Part shown: one piece after another, positions 19,333 to 28,962 of the stretch
How positions within the stretch are numbered: the stretch's first letter is position 1
Layout: each line of letters opens with the position of its first letter
NCBI GenBank assembly: GCA_019058315.1
Contig: JAHPZH010000002.1
Span: forward strand, 736,001 to 800,000
Origin: Candidatus Helarchaeota archaeon
Lineage (GTDB): Archaea; Asgardarchaeota; Lokiarchaeia; Helarchaeales; RDOG01
DNA: 64,000 nt
Direction of reading: 5' to 3'
Program-made: the position numbers and the translations under genes
Notes under the pieces: generated by a model
The model's database searches: none
Told to the model about the DNA's origin: nothing
The model's input: the letters and a program-made list of their open reading frames with translations, nothing else

Positions 19333-21009
19333 TTGAATTACAATACTGCTGATATAAAAACGATTGCGGAGCAAATAAAGTGGGCCAAAGAGGAAGGGTA
19401 TTATACATGTGTATTGATAGGTGCTGGTGTATCTGTTTCTGCAGGAATTCCAGCTTGCAAGGAATTAGTTGCTGTTATAAGAAAACAATTTCCCCATACT
19501 GCAAATTATGCCACAAAACCTAATTATTGTGAATTTATGAGTCTCCTATCTCCTTTACAGAGACGAGAATTAATAGGCTCTTTTATAGATAAAGCCAAAA
19601 TTAATGTAGCGCATTTATATCTTGGTTCACTCGTCAAAAAAGGATATGTTCATCGAATATTTACAGTTAATTTCGATCCTCTTATTATTCGAAGTTTGGC
19701 CTTATTTAATTTATATCCTGCAATTTATGATTTTGCAGCTTCCCAGGAATATGTACCTGGTGCAGCAGCTCAACTCTCTGTTTTTTATCTTCATGGACAA
19801 AGAGATGGATTTGTTTTATTTCATACCGAAGAAGAAGTGAATAAGCATTCATATAAATTACAGAATGTATTCCATGATGTTAGAAAATGTTGTTGGTTAG
19901 TTATTGGCTATTCTGGAGAACAAGATCCAGTTTTTGAAAGATTAACAGAAACTAATGTCTTTCATAATAAATTATTTTGGGTAGGATATAAGGGTGAAGA
20001 ACCTAAACCTCATGTTCTGAAAAATGTTTTAACACCCTCGAATAAATACGGATATTATGTAAATGGGTTCACCGCTGATACATTTTTTTTACAACTTGCC
20101 AGGGAATTACATTTAGAAAATCCTGAAATAATTTCAACACCTTTTTCCCATTTGAAAGAATCGATTAAATCTATTAAGGAATTTACAATTGATGAAAAAT
20201 TGGTAGATCTAACAAAAGAAACAAAAAAATGGGTTGATGCAGCAATTAGATTCTTTGAAAAAGGCGAAGATATAGAGAAAATTAAAGTTGTTAAAAAGAA
20301 ACAGCTTGAAGAAGATGAAATTATCCGTAAAATTAAAAATATTTTTGTATATGGTAAATATAATCAATTAAATAATGTTAGAGATGAAATTTTATCAAGT
20401 GATTCAAAAGAAGCTAAAGAATATCTAAGTCTTACTTTAAATAATTGGGGAAATGTTTTTTCAGAACTTGGTGAGAAAAAAAGTGGCGAAGATGCGGAGC
20501 GTTATTTAAAATTAGGTATTAAGAAATACAAACAAGCTTTAGAAATAACACCATATTTCTACCAAACGTTTATTAATTGGGGAGAAACTCTCTCAAAACT
20601 TGCTAAATTAAAAAGTGGGGAAGAGGCTGATAATATATTCAAACAAGCACTTGAAAAATTTGAACATGCCAGTAAATTTAAACCGGATAATTATCAAATA
20701 CTTACAAAATGGGGATTGGTGTTTAAAGAGTTCGCAAAGATTAAAAGCGGTGAAGAGGCACAGTATTTACTTGATAATGCTCTGAGAATTTTTGAGAAAG
20801 TGGAAAATAAATACAAAGGTATGGGGAATTATAACATCGCATGTGTCCATTCTATAAAAAGAGAAAAGGAAAAAGCCCTAGAATGGCTTGAAAAATCACT
20901 GAAAATGAAATCAGCTCCCTCAAATTTGTATATTCAAAGGGATAGTGATTTTGAAAATATTAAAGATAGTGAAGAATTTAAAAAATTGATTAATTCATAC
21001 TCAAGTTGA
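19333..21009 (+). CDS. SIR2-like domain plus TPR repeat protein
   Basis: GAGVSVSAGIP, TVNFD, LHG, IGYSG; three WGxxLxxLAxxKSGEEA-type TPRs; C-terminal YNIAC...DSDF cap. Confidence 0.85.
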   Translation: MNYNTADIKTIAEQIKWAKEEGYYTCVLIGAGVSVSAGIPACKELVAVIRKQFPHTANYATKPNYCEFMSLLSPLQRRELIGSFIDKAKINVAHLYLGSLVKKGYVHRIFTVNFDPLIIRSLALFNLYPAIYDFAASQEYVPGAAAQLSVFYLHGQRDGFVLFHTEEEVNKHSYKLQNVFHDVRKCCWLVIGYSGEQDPVFERLTETNVFHNKLFWVGYKGEEPKPHVLKNVLTPSNKYGYYVNGFTADTFFLQLARELHLENPEIISTPFSHLKESIKSIKEFTIDEKLVDLTKETKKWVDAAIRFFEKGEDIEKIKVVKKKQLEEDEIIRKIKNIFVYGKYNQLNNVRDEILSSDSKEAKEYLSLTLNNWGNVFSELGEKKSGEDAERYLKLGIKKYKQALEITPYFYQTFINWGETLSKLAKLKSGEEADNIFKQALEKFEHASKFKPDNYQILTKWGLVFKEFAKIKSGEEAQYLLDNALRIFEKVENKYKGMGNYNIACVHSIKREKEKALEWLEKSLKMKSAPSNLYIQRDSDFENIKDSEEFKKLINSYSS

Positions 21010-21087
21010 AGCACACTAAGAAGAAAGTATAAAAAAATATCTTAATAGGAAAAGAAAGTAGAAAGGAAAAAAAAGATTAAAAGGATA

Positions 21088-22623
21088 TTATTTCTTTTTG
21101 ATAATTATTAAAATTAAAATTATCGTTGCTGCCACCGCTATTAGAATAATTACAATGATTAAACCTGTATCGCTCGGTTGTTGCATAGCCAATAAAGGAA
21201 TCAAATTTAATTTGCCACCGGGAGCTCCGGAAGTGGATGTGAAATTCTTGCTATACATTATTTCTGGATCACCTGAACCACCTCCCCATACACCTACCGT
21301 CCAGTCTTCCCAAATAACATGTAATGTACTATTATTATCTATGGCTAGTTTAGGGCTTAAACTTGAACCATTATTCCAATCGGTATTATCATCTGATATT
21401 ACAATTCCTTTAGTCCAGCCTGTACTAGTTCTTTCTGCATACATTATTTCATTATCAGTTCCCCACGTACCAGGTGTGTTATCAACCCAGACCACATGTA
21501 AAGTTCCATTAATACCAACAGCAATTTTGGGGCTTGTACTTGTTCCAGTATTCCATAAAGAAATGTCATCAGAAATTACTGTTGCATTGGACCAACCAGA
21601 AACTGTGAAATTTGTATACATTATTTCTGTATCCGTTCCCCATGCACCATCAGTTTCATCATGCCAAACAACATGGATTACTGAATTGTTATCAATGGCG
21701 ATATTAGGAAGCCAACTACTTCCATCATTCCATTGAGTGTTATCATCTGAAATAACAGTAGCATTAGACCACCAACCTGTAGAAGTGTTTGTATACATAA
21801 TTTCAATATCATTACCCCATTCACCATTTGTGTAATCAACCCAAGCAGCATGGACTATTCCATTCTTATCAACGGTAACAAAGGGATAATCACTTAATTC
21901 ATTATTCCATCCTGTATTATCATCAGAAATCACAGTTGCATTTGACCAAACTGATCCAGTACGGTTCGCATACATTATTTCGTAGTCTGAACCCCATTCA
22001 CCATCGGTATAATCACGCCAAATAACATGTATATTTATATTATTATCCACTGCAATGCTAGGAATCATACTACTACCATCATTCCAGCCATAAATATCTG
22101 AAATCATCGTCGCATTAGACCAACCTGAGGCAGTATGATTTGTATACATAATTTCTGCATCTGATCCCCATGGTCCAACTGTCCCATCATGCCAAACAAC
22201 ATGTAATACTCCATTTTTATCAATTGTCATGCTTGGGCTTCTAGATGGACCGTTATTCCACCCAGTGTAATCATCTGAAATTACAGTAGCATTAGACCAG
22301 CCTGAAGATGATGTATAATTTGCATACATTATTTCAGCATCAGAGCCCCATTCACCATCTGTTAAATCCTCCCATACTACATGTATTGTGCCATTTTCAT
22401 CTATAACCATATCTTGGTTGTAACTTCTATCATCATTCCATCCAGAACTACTATCTGAAATTACAATTGCTTTGGACCAGTCTGATGAAGTTAATATATA
22501 CAATTCGTTTGTAAATGAAGATATAGGACCAATTGACGAATTTGATAGTAATACACCGAATACTGAAGAAAATAATATTTGAGTTGCCATAATAAATATT
22601 TTGATCCGCTTCATAACGATCAA
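21088..22623 (-). CDS. Secreted, membrane-anchored protein with seven ~59-aa repeats (beta-propeller)
   Basis: Seven copies of W.NATVISDD..WN.G.S..P.I..D.NG..HVVW.D.T.G.WG.D.EIMY; signal-like N-terminus; C-terminal TM plus KKK. Confidence 0.85.
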   Translation of the reverse strand: MIVMKRIKIFIMATQILFSSVFGVLLSNSSIGPISSFTNELYILTSSDWSKAIVISDSSSGWNDDRSYNQDMVIDENGTIHVVWEDLTDGEWGSDAEIMYANYTSSSGWSNATVISDDYTGWNNGPSRSPSMTIDKNGVLHVVWHDGTVGPWGSDAEIMYTNHTASGWSNATMISDIYGWNDGSSMIPSIAVDNNINIHVIWRDYTDGEWGSDYEIMYANRTGSVWSNATVISDDNTGWNNELSDYPFVTVDKNGIVHAAWVDYTNGEWGNDIEIMYTNTSTGWWSNATVISDDNTQWNDGSSWLPNIAIDNNSVIHVVWHDETDGAWGTDTEIMYTNFTVSGWSNATVISDDISLWNTGTSTSPKIAVGINGTLHVVWVDNTPGTWGTDNEIMYAERTSTGWTKGIVISDDNTDWNNGSSLSPKLAIDNNSTLHVIWEDWTVGVWGGGSGDPEIMYSKNFTSTSGAPGGKLNLIPLLAMQQPSDTGLIIVIILIAVAATIILILIIIKKK

Positions 22624-22662
22624 ACTCCAAAATTTTTTGACTTAAAAAATTTTGAAAAATAT

Positions 22663-22698
22663 TGTAAGTTAATATAAAAATGTAAGTTAATATAAAAA
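22663..22698. repeat. Exact 18-bp tandem duplication TGTAAGTTAATATAAAAA x2
   Basis: 22663-22680 = 22681-22698; each copy carries a TATA-like TTTATATT on the minus strand. Confidence 0.85.
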
Positions 22699-23244
22699 TG
22701 AGACCTCATATAAATACATGATAAAAGAAGGCAACAAATTCCCATGAATTCAAGTGTTATGTTTTTTTTACTAAAATTAATACCAATTTTACCACAAAAA
22801 TGATCAATATTTAATGAATTAGATATTGCTTATAATTAGCATAAAATTAAAAATAATTTTCATGACATGCTGCCTTTTAATATTTATTAATAAATGAAAA
22901 AATTCGTTTACTTCTTTTTATTCTGCTTAAAATTTCAATTTTTCAATTCATTTACTCTGATATATCATTAAATTTATGATTTTACAAAAAAGGTAAATAT
23001 AGATTAAAAATAATTTAATAACATTTCAATGAACTTGTCTACTATTTAAATACTATATTCTTTGAAATTATCATAAATATATCAAAATTTAAATGTGTTA
23101 AAAGTTATCTATTTGTCTATAATTATATTTAAATTTTTAAACACAAATATGTTTTAAACATAAATAGTGAAAAATCGAAAAATTTTTACATGGTTGGAAA
23201 CCTTTAAATATCGTCCTTAACTATTTCATAAAAGAGGTTATTTT

Positions 23245-24057
23245 ATGGATATGAAAGTCAACAAACAATACAAAAAATTCGATCTTCATATCCACTCTAC
23301 GTGTAGTAAACACCCGTTTTTTGGTGTCGACGGGATGTGTCCGCCAAAAGAAATAGTAAAAACGGCGATCAAGAAAGGATTAAATGGTATCGCTGTAACG
23401 GACCACGATACTGTGAGGGGAAGTCTTCTTGTAGCCAAGATTGTTAAAGATTTAAATTATAATCACGATTTTTTAGTAATTCCTGGGGCTGAACTTAGAT
23501 CTAAGCATGGTGATATTTTAGCGTTAGGAATTACAGATGAAATAAAAGGAACAAAGAGATTGCCTGCTGTTGAAGTAGTTGAGAAAGTTCAGGACCACGG
23601 GGGGCTCGCTATCAAAGCACATTTGTTCAAAACCAACTTTTTTGGTTCTAAACTAGAAAAATGTACTAAATGGATAAGAAGGATGAATGGCACTAAATTC
23701 AATGGTATTGAGACCTACAATGGGGGAAGTTCCGAAACTGCTAATAATTTAGCGGATTGTTTAGCCACAAAACATAAATATTCTAAGACTGGTGGCAGTG
23801 ACGCTCACATTTTATCCCATATCGGCAGCGGTCTTACCATGATCGATGCTGAGTTGACAGTAGATGACGTGCTTGAGGCGATAAGAAAGAAAAAAACTAA
23901 AGTCATAGGTGTGCCGTATAATTTGACTAGACCAATTAAAATCTATTTTTACAAAATGGTACAACTACTCCGGCGAACTATCGGAAAGGGTTTTAATCAT
24001 TGTCCTAGAAAAACAAATGAATTAGCTTTCAACATTTTTCATTTAGAAACAAATTAA
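23245..24057 (+). CDS. PHP-domain metal-dependent phosphoesterase
   Basis: DLHIHS, AVTDHD, GAE, AH, GGSDAH. Confidence 0.88.
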   Translation: MDMKVNKQYKKFDLHIHSTCSKHPFFGVDGMCPPKEIVKTAIKKGLNGIAVTDHDTVRGSLLVAKIVKDLNYNHDFLVIPGAELRSKHGDILALGITDEIKGTKRLPAVEVVEKVQDHGGLAIKAHLFKTNFFGSKLEKCTKWIRRMNGTKFNGIETYNGGSSETANNLADCLATKHKYSKTGGSDAHILSHIGSGLTMIDAELTVDDVLEAIRKKKTKVIGVPYNLTRPIKIYFYKMVQLLRRTIGKGFNHCPRKTNELAFNIFHLETN

Positions 24058-24304
24058 AATTAATAATCAGAATTTGTAGATACTTATTTACACACCACTT
24101 TTTTTATTATTTAACTCACTTTTTCCCCTTTTTATTGTCTAATACTCTAATAACATAGATTAAAATGGAATTCTAGATTTCAAATTCATATAATTTTGAA
24201 TGCAAATTTAAACGACAAAATTATATAAAATGCAAAAGAAAAGAATCATATCGAATATAAAATAAATTAACGAATTTTAAAAATTACAAAAAAAAGGTGA
24301 GATT

Positions 24305-25393
24305 ATGGTTATTCGTGACTTTCATAAGAAACCAAAATCATTATGTCCACGTTGTGCGACACCAATGGTTGAAAATAAAGATGAAGAAGGAAATATTACG
24401 AGTAAATCTTGTCCCGCATGTAAGTTTTCCACATTAATAGGTCCAAAAAAAGCAATTAAATTCAGAGAGGATGTGGTGGAACAAAAAGTCGAAAAAGTCA
24501 AAATGTTTAATGTAATAGGTGATGCCGTACAAGTAACCCAAAAATTGGAAAGTGATAATGTAGTTCTTGTATGTGATCGCAAAGATAATATAATTTGGGT
24601 TTGGAAAGGAAAAAATACTAGCCCCCGTCTCTATTATGCTGCTGGTACTCAGGCAACAAAATTAAGAACTGCTGAAAAAATGTATGGTGCAAAGATTCAA
24701 AACATTGAAGAGGGAGAAGAACCTCTAAGTTTTTTGGATCTGGTCGGAGAAGATAAAGGAGGTTCAGAAGTACCTTCAACAATGACTGTATATAGAATAG
24801 AAGGAGGGGAATTAAAGAAAATAGATGAAGCTGTGTTTACAAGCGGTGATGCTTATATTGTGGACTTTATCAATACAATCTATGTTTGGATCGGCAAAAA
24901 TGCTTCTGTTGACGAAAAATTCACAGGTGCTCATGTTGCAACAATGATAGATGCTGTGAGAAGTGGCACTCCTAAAATCATAACTGTCGATCAAGGTTCA
25001 GAACCGTTGGATTTTAAGGCAAAAGTGGGTATCATTAAAATTGTTGAAAAGGACGTTGCAGAATCAATGTTAAGTCATTATGAAAAACCAGTTCATGAGC
25101 CTATCCTGTTCAGGGTCTCATCAGAGGAATATGAAACAATAAATGATATTCAATATATTCAAGTGCCATTGTCAAAAGATAGCCTTGATAGTGAAGATGT
25201 CTTTTTACTCGATGATAGGACTAATGATAAATGTTATATATGGGTAGGTAAAGATGCTACGGTAAAAGAAAAGGTTGTTGCAGGACAAATTTCGAGGAAA
25301 TTTGATGTTGAACGTGCTGGGGTTCAATATGAAATATTCATAGAAGAAGGAGACGAGCCAGAGGACTTTAAGAATATTCTAGGAATGGAATAA
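24305..25393 (+). CDS. Gelsolin-family protein: N-terminal Zn ribbon plus three gelsolin domains
   Basis: CPRC...CPAC; three repeats of the (L/F)xSxD..(I/L)(V/L)D...WxG.....(E/Q)GxEPxxF signature. Confidence 0.88.
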   Translation: MVIRDFHKKPKSLCPRCATPMVENKDEEGNITSKSCPACKFSTLIGPKKAIKFREDVVEQKVEKVKMFNVIGDAVQVTQKLESDNVVLVCDRKDNIIWVWKGKNTSPRLYYAAGTQATKLRTAEKMYGAKIQNIEEGEEPLSFLDLVGEDKGGSEVPSTMTVYRIEGGELKKIDEAVFTSGDAYIVDFINTIYVWIGKNASVDEKFTGAHVATMIDAVRSGTPKIITVDQGSEPLDFKAKVGIIKIVEKDVAESMLSHYEKPVHEPILFRVSSEEYETINDIQYIQVPLSKDSLDSEDVFLLDDRTNDKCYIWVGKDATVKEKVVAGQISRKFDVERAGVQYEIFIEEGDEPEDFKNILGME

Positions 25394-25449
25394 TTAGTTC
25401 TAAAAATATTTTTAATTTTATTTCTTTTTTATGAAATGAGAAAAATCTT

Positions 25450-26760
25450 TTATGTTATAGCTTTTTTAATTCTTTTAATTTTTCGTTTCTTAATTTTTTT
25501 AACTTTTTTAACTTTTTTCTTTTCTCGCCAATCTTCAGGACGCATGAATTTAGTTTCAAGTCCATGTCCCATAGAAATTATGTCTTCTTTTCTTACTTCT
25601 CGATCAAAATTTTGGTCTATATCGAAAAGTATTCCTCTTAGGCATTCATCTATTGATAAATCTAATTCTTGGTAATTAAACCTCGGACCTGGAGGATATT
25701 CATTTATGAGTTTTACCCATTTTTTTGTTACTGGGTCATATTTTGGTGGAGTTGATAATATTGTTTGACGGGGAAGTGGGATGCCTCCATTATGTACGAA
25801 TCCCCAAGCAAGTCGTTTATTAATCACTTCCCAAATTTCATAACTGTGTTTTTTCAGAGAATCTAAAATTTCCTTCTCAATATGATTGACATAAAATAAA
25901 TTATTAATAATCATTCCTGCAATTTTTTCACAAAAATCGCCTCGAGTAAGTCCGAACATGGTATTTAAAATTGGGGGCCAAGGCTCGTAACCCATTCCAG
26001 GTTCTTCTAACCCATATACAGACTTGGCAGTAACACCATCATAAATCCTCGCTATAGACTCCCAATTTGATAATTCATATGCCTCTGTAAATGTTGTATA
26101 AAAAACAGCTATGGAATATGCACTATGGGCCCATTGAGGTGTACGTTCATTTCGATAATCAAGCATAATATCTCGTAAGCGTTTAGCGCACTCGCCCCAA
26201 TCATGTATTCTCTGAGGGATTTCTTTTAATTGATAACCCAACTTCATATGACGGCGATTTAAAATATCTTGTTCGTCTTCTGTTATATACCACCAATCTG
26301 CAGGCAGCCCCTCCTCATAGTGAATGGACATAACATGAACTACTTCTCGTGTATAATCATCTAATCCCATAAATGTAATATCTGTTGAAGGTCCGTATAT
26401 CATCTTTGTAGCAAGTCTTTGTAAATCTGCCCGGATGGTTAAAACGGGTGGAAATCCGTAATATGTAATTGTTTCGTTCGGTCTTTCTAATTTTCCATCA
26501 GCATAGGCTTTTGCGACTTCGATAGCTTCTTCAAATCTAACCTCAATTATTTCTTGAGCATAAGTTGTAATATCATTTGCAAGAGCTTCATATTGTTCCC
26601 AGCTATCTAAGAATCTCAGAAATTCAATTGCGTTTCCACCGAGTGGGATATACTTTTTACTGTGCAATTCATCGGGTATATCTTTCCATACTTCTGAAAC
26701 AGAACGGAGTTTTATTTCAGATACATCAATTTCATCTGGCAAGGGTAATCCCATATTCAT
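25450..26760 (-). CDS. Hypothetical protein with a Lys-rich C-terminal tail
   Basis: 436-aa ORF with globular composition; no family recognised. Confidence 0.75.
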   Translation of the reverse strand: MNMGLPLPDEIDVSEIKLRSVSEVWKDIPDELHSKKYIPLGGNAIEFLRFLDSWEQYEALANDITTYAQEIIEVRFEEAIEVAKAYADGKLERPNETITYYGFPPVLTIRADLQRLATKMIYGPSTDITFMGLDDYTREVVHVMSIHYEEGLPADWWYITEDEQDILNRRHMKLGYQLKEIPQRIHDWGECAKRLRDIMLDYRNERTPQWAHSAYSIAVFYTTFTEAYELSNWESIARIYDGVTAKSVYGLEEPGMGYEPWPPILNTMFGLTRGDFCEKIAGMIINNLFYVNHIEKEILDSLKKHSYEIWEVINKRLAWGFVHNGGIPLPRQTILSTPPKYDPVTKKWVKLINEYPPGPRFNYQELDLSIDECLRGILFDIDQNFDREVRKEDIISMGHGLETKFMRPEDWREKKKVKKVKKIKKRKIKRIKKAIT

Positions 26761-27069
26761 GGATGATTAGCTTATAATTGAATTGTAAAGGTTTTCTTAT
26801 TTAAAACTTTTCTAAAATACTAAATATTAGACAATTTGAAAATGAATAAATTTAAAATCTGATGAAATAAATTAGTTTTAACTCTAAAATTTTATTGAAC
26901 TAATAAAAGGAATCCTATTTTTAAAAGTCTTCTCGACATATCATTAAATTTTTTTTAAAACAATTAGGATCGTTAAATTATAATTTATCGCATCAATTAT
27001 TATCTATATAAATTGGAATCACTATATAATTTGTAAATGTAATATCGTTAATTCAAAATCAAACAAAAT

Positions 27070-27858
27070 TTGGAGAGAAAAATCATCGAATTGAAATATT
27101 ATCAATCAACATTTGACCTTTTAAAGCTAAAACCTAGAATTTTAGAAAGTAATGTAGATTTATTGAAAAGACAAGAGAAAAAACTTGGAAGACACATCCC
27201 CGAATCCGTTATTGAATGGTATTCACTTGAAGGATCTATTGATTTAATGAGAAAATATAGTAATGATGACTATCCAGAAGAAGTTCATTCTTTTAAAATT
27301 ATTGAAATAGAAGAGGGAGAGGTAATTTCAATAATGACAGAGAACCAAGCTGTTTGTGAATGGGTTTTAAAAATTGATGATAGTAAGGATCCTCCTGTAT
27401 TAGTGAAAGTTGATGGATCATTAGGTCATAAAGGAAAGTGGCAGATCTATTCAAACCATTTTTCAGAATTTATTTATTCAATAGTTTTTGATCATATCAA
27501 TCAATTTTATCCAACAATTACAGCTTTTAGTTGCGAAATGATGAACGAGCAAGAATATACTGATATTAAAAAAACATTTATCGAGGATTTAATTACTTAT
27601 GGATGGCCTAGCGAAATTCAACTCAGATTTTATAATAAAGAAAGAAATCAATTCATTTTGGTTTGGAATAAATATGAATGTGGAAATGATTTATGCAGTG
27701 ATTGGTTTTTCTGGGGAACTACTAAGGAAGATTTATTTAAATTATTAGAAATTGTTCTTCCCTATAAAAGAAATCTATTTGAGGGATTGGATGCATATAA
27801 AGAGGATGGAGAAGAAATATTGTCTAAATTTAAAAATAAATATCCCTCTGGCATTTAA
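27070..27858 (+). CDS. SMI1/KNR4 (SUKH)-like protein
   Basis: EKKLGRHIPESVIEWY and ENQAVCEW...DDSKDPPVLV...FSEFI. Confidence 0.65.
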   Translation: MERKIIELKYYQSTFDLLKLKPRILESNVDLLKRQEKKLGRHIPESVIEWYSLEGSIDLMRKYSNDDYPEEVHSFKIIEIEEGEVISIMTENQAVCEWVLKIDDSKDPPVLVKVDGSLGHKGKWQIYSNHFSEFIYSIVFDHINQFYPTITAFSCEMMNEQEYTDIKKTFIEDLITYGWPSEIQLRFYNKERNQFILVWNKYECGNDLCSDWFFWGTTKEDLFKLLEIVLPYKRNLFEGLDAYKEDGEEILSKFKNKYPSGI

Positions 27859-28060
27859 CCTAATATAATTTCTCTCTTTTACTTTTTGATTTATTTAATA
27901 AAATTATAGATTATAATTTGATATATCAAATATTTATAATGTCAACTAACCAAACCCTACCTTTCATAATAGGATTTGTAAAAAAAAAACAGAAGATATT
28001 TTTTTTTCTGGAGTGATAAAAAATACTTCTTTAACAAATTAATTTATTATTTATTTCTGT

Positions 28061-28564
28061 CTAATATCTCCTTTTACCGTAGGAACCTCTTCGGTCACCT
28101 TTATAAGGTCTTCGACCGCCGCCGCCGCCGCCAAATCTACTGCCACCACCACCACCACCATATCCTCCACCTGGACGATATTTTCGTGGTTGTTCATAAA
28201 CTTTGTCGGAGAGATTATTGCTTGTGTTTACTTCTTTAAGTTCTTCATCACTGATTTCTTCGAAACTTCCATATTTACCAATGTTAAGTCTTAGAGAACC
28301 TTTAAACACTGTTGTATATACGTTTGTTAACTGATAAACATGGTCAACTTCCATTTTATCGATATCATCATTCCATAGGGTCAAATAGATACTTGCAGTT
28401 TCATCACCGACTAATGCTTCAGTTACTCTTAAGGTTTCTCCGGTTTTTCTAGAAGTAACTTCTTTTTCTTCATTTTTCGAATTACATCTTATTTTTGTAT
28501 TAATACCCCTTAAACCGGGTTTTAATTCATCAACAATTTTAAATTCTTCTACAGTTTCACTCAT
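28061..28564 (-). CDS. ssb: Single-OB-fold single-stranded DNA-binding protein with Gly/Arg-rich tail
   Basis: VDELKPG, EALVGDETASIYLTLW, FKGSLRLNIGKYG, VNTSNNLS. Confidence 0.88.
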   Translation of the reverse strand: MSETVEEFKIVDELKPGLRGINTKIRCNSKNEEKEVTSRKTGETLRVTEALVGDETASIYLTLWNDDIDKMEVDHVYQLTNVYTTVFKGSLRLNIGKYGSFEEISDEELKEVNTSNNLSDKVYEQPRKYRPGGGYGGGGGGSRFGGGGGGRRPYKGDRRGSYGKRRY

Positions 28565-28962
28565 TTTTTATTCAACTTTAGAACATACTATGTGGTAATT
28601 CGTCTCGTAAACTAATTATGTCCTAATTCGTTATTTCGACAAATTATATTTTAGAAGTAGAAAAAACTATAAAAACTCATCAATTAAAAACTTTTCAAAG
28701 CTTTGTTATTTTTTCTATGAAGATAAGTAATTTTAGATATATATAAACTTACTTAGAGGTTTGTATACTATACTTTTACCATCCTTCCAAATTCATATTT
28801 CATGGCAAGTTTGTAATAAAATCAAAGTTGAATTGAAAAAGAATACGTTTTTAAAATTATTTTTTTCAAATTACTAAATATCAGACTATTTGAAAATGAT
28901 TAAAATTAAAATCTGATGTCATAAATTACTTTATAATTCTAGACTTTTTTGGAGCAATTAGT

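Noticed and set aside
21098-21736. 212-aa plus-strand ORF
   Set aside because: Antisense shadow of the repeat propeller gene; no independent motifs.
21250-22480. ~177-bp periodic DNA repeats as a possible CRISPR array or DGR template
   Set aside because: They are degenerate in-frame coding repeats; no constant repeat/unique spacer pattern and no cas or reverse transcriptase gene.
22700-23244. Long AT-rich intergenic region as a possible ncRNA or origin
   Set aside because: No convincing stem-loops, ORB-like G-strings or adjacent orc1/cdc6 gene seen.
28116-28160. GC-rich CCG/CCA trinucleotide runs
   Set aside because: They encode the poly-Gly tail of SSB; not an RNA gene.
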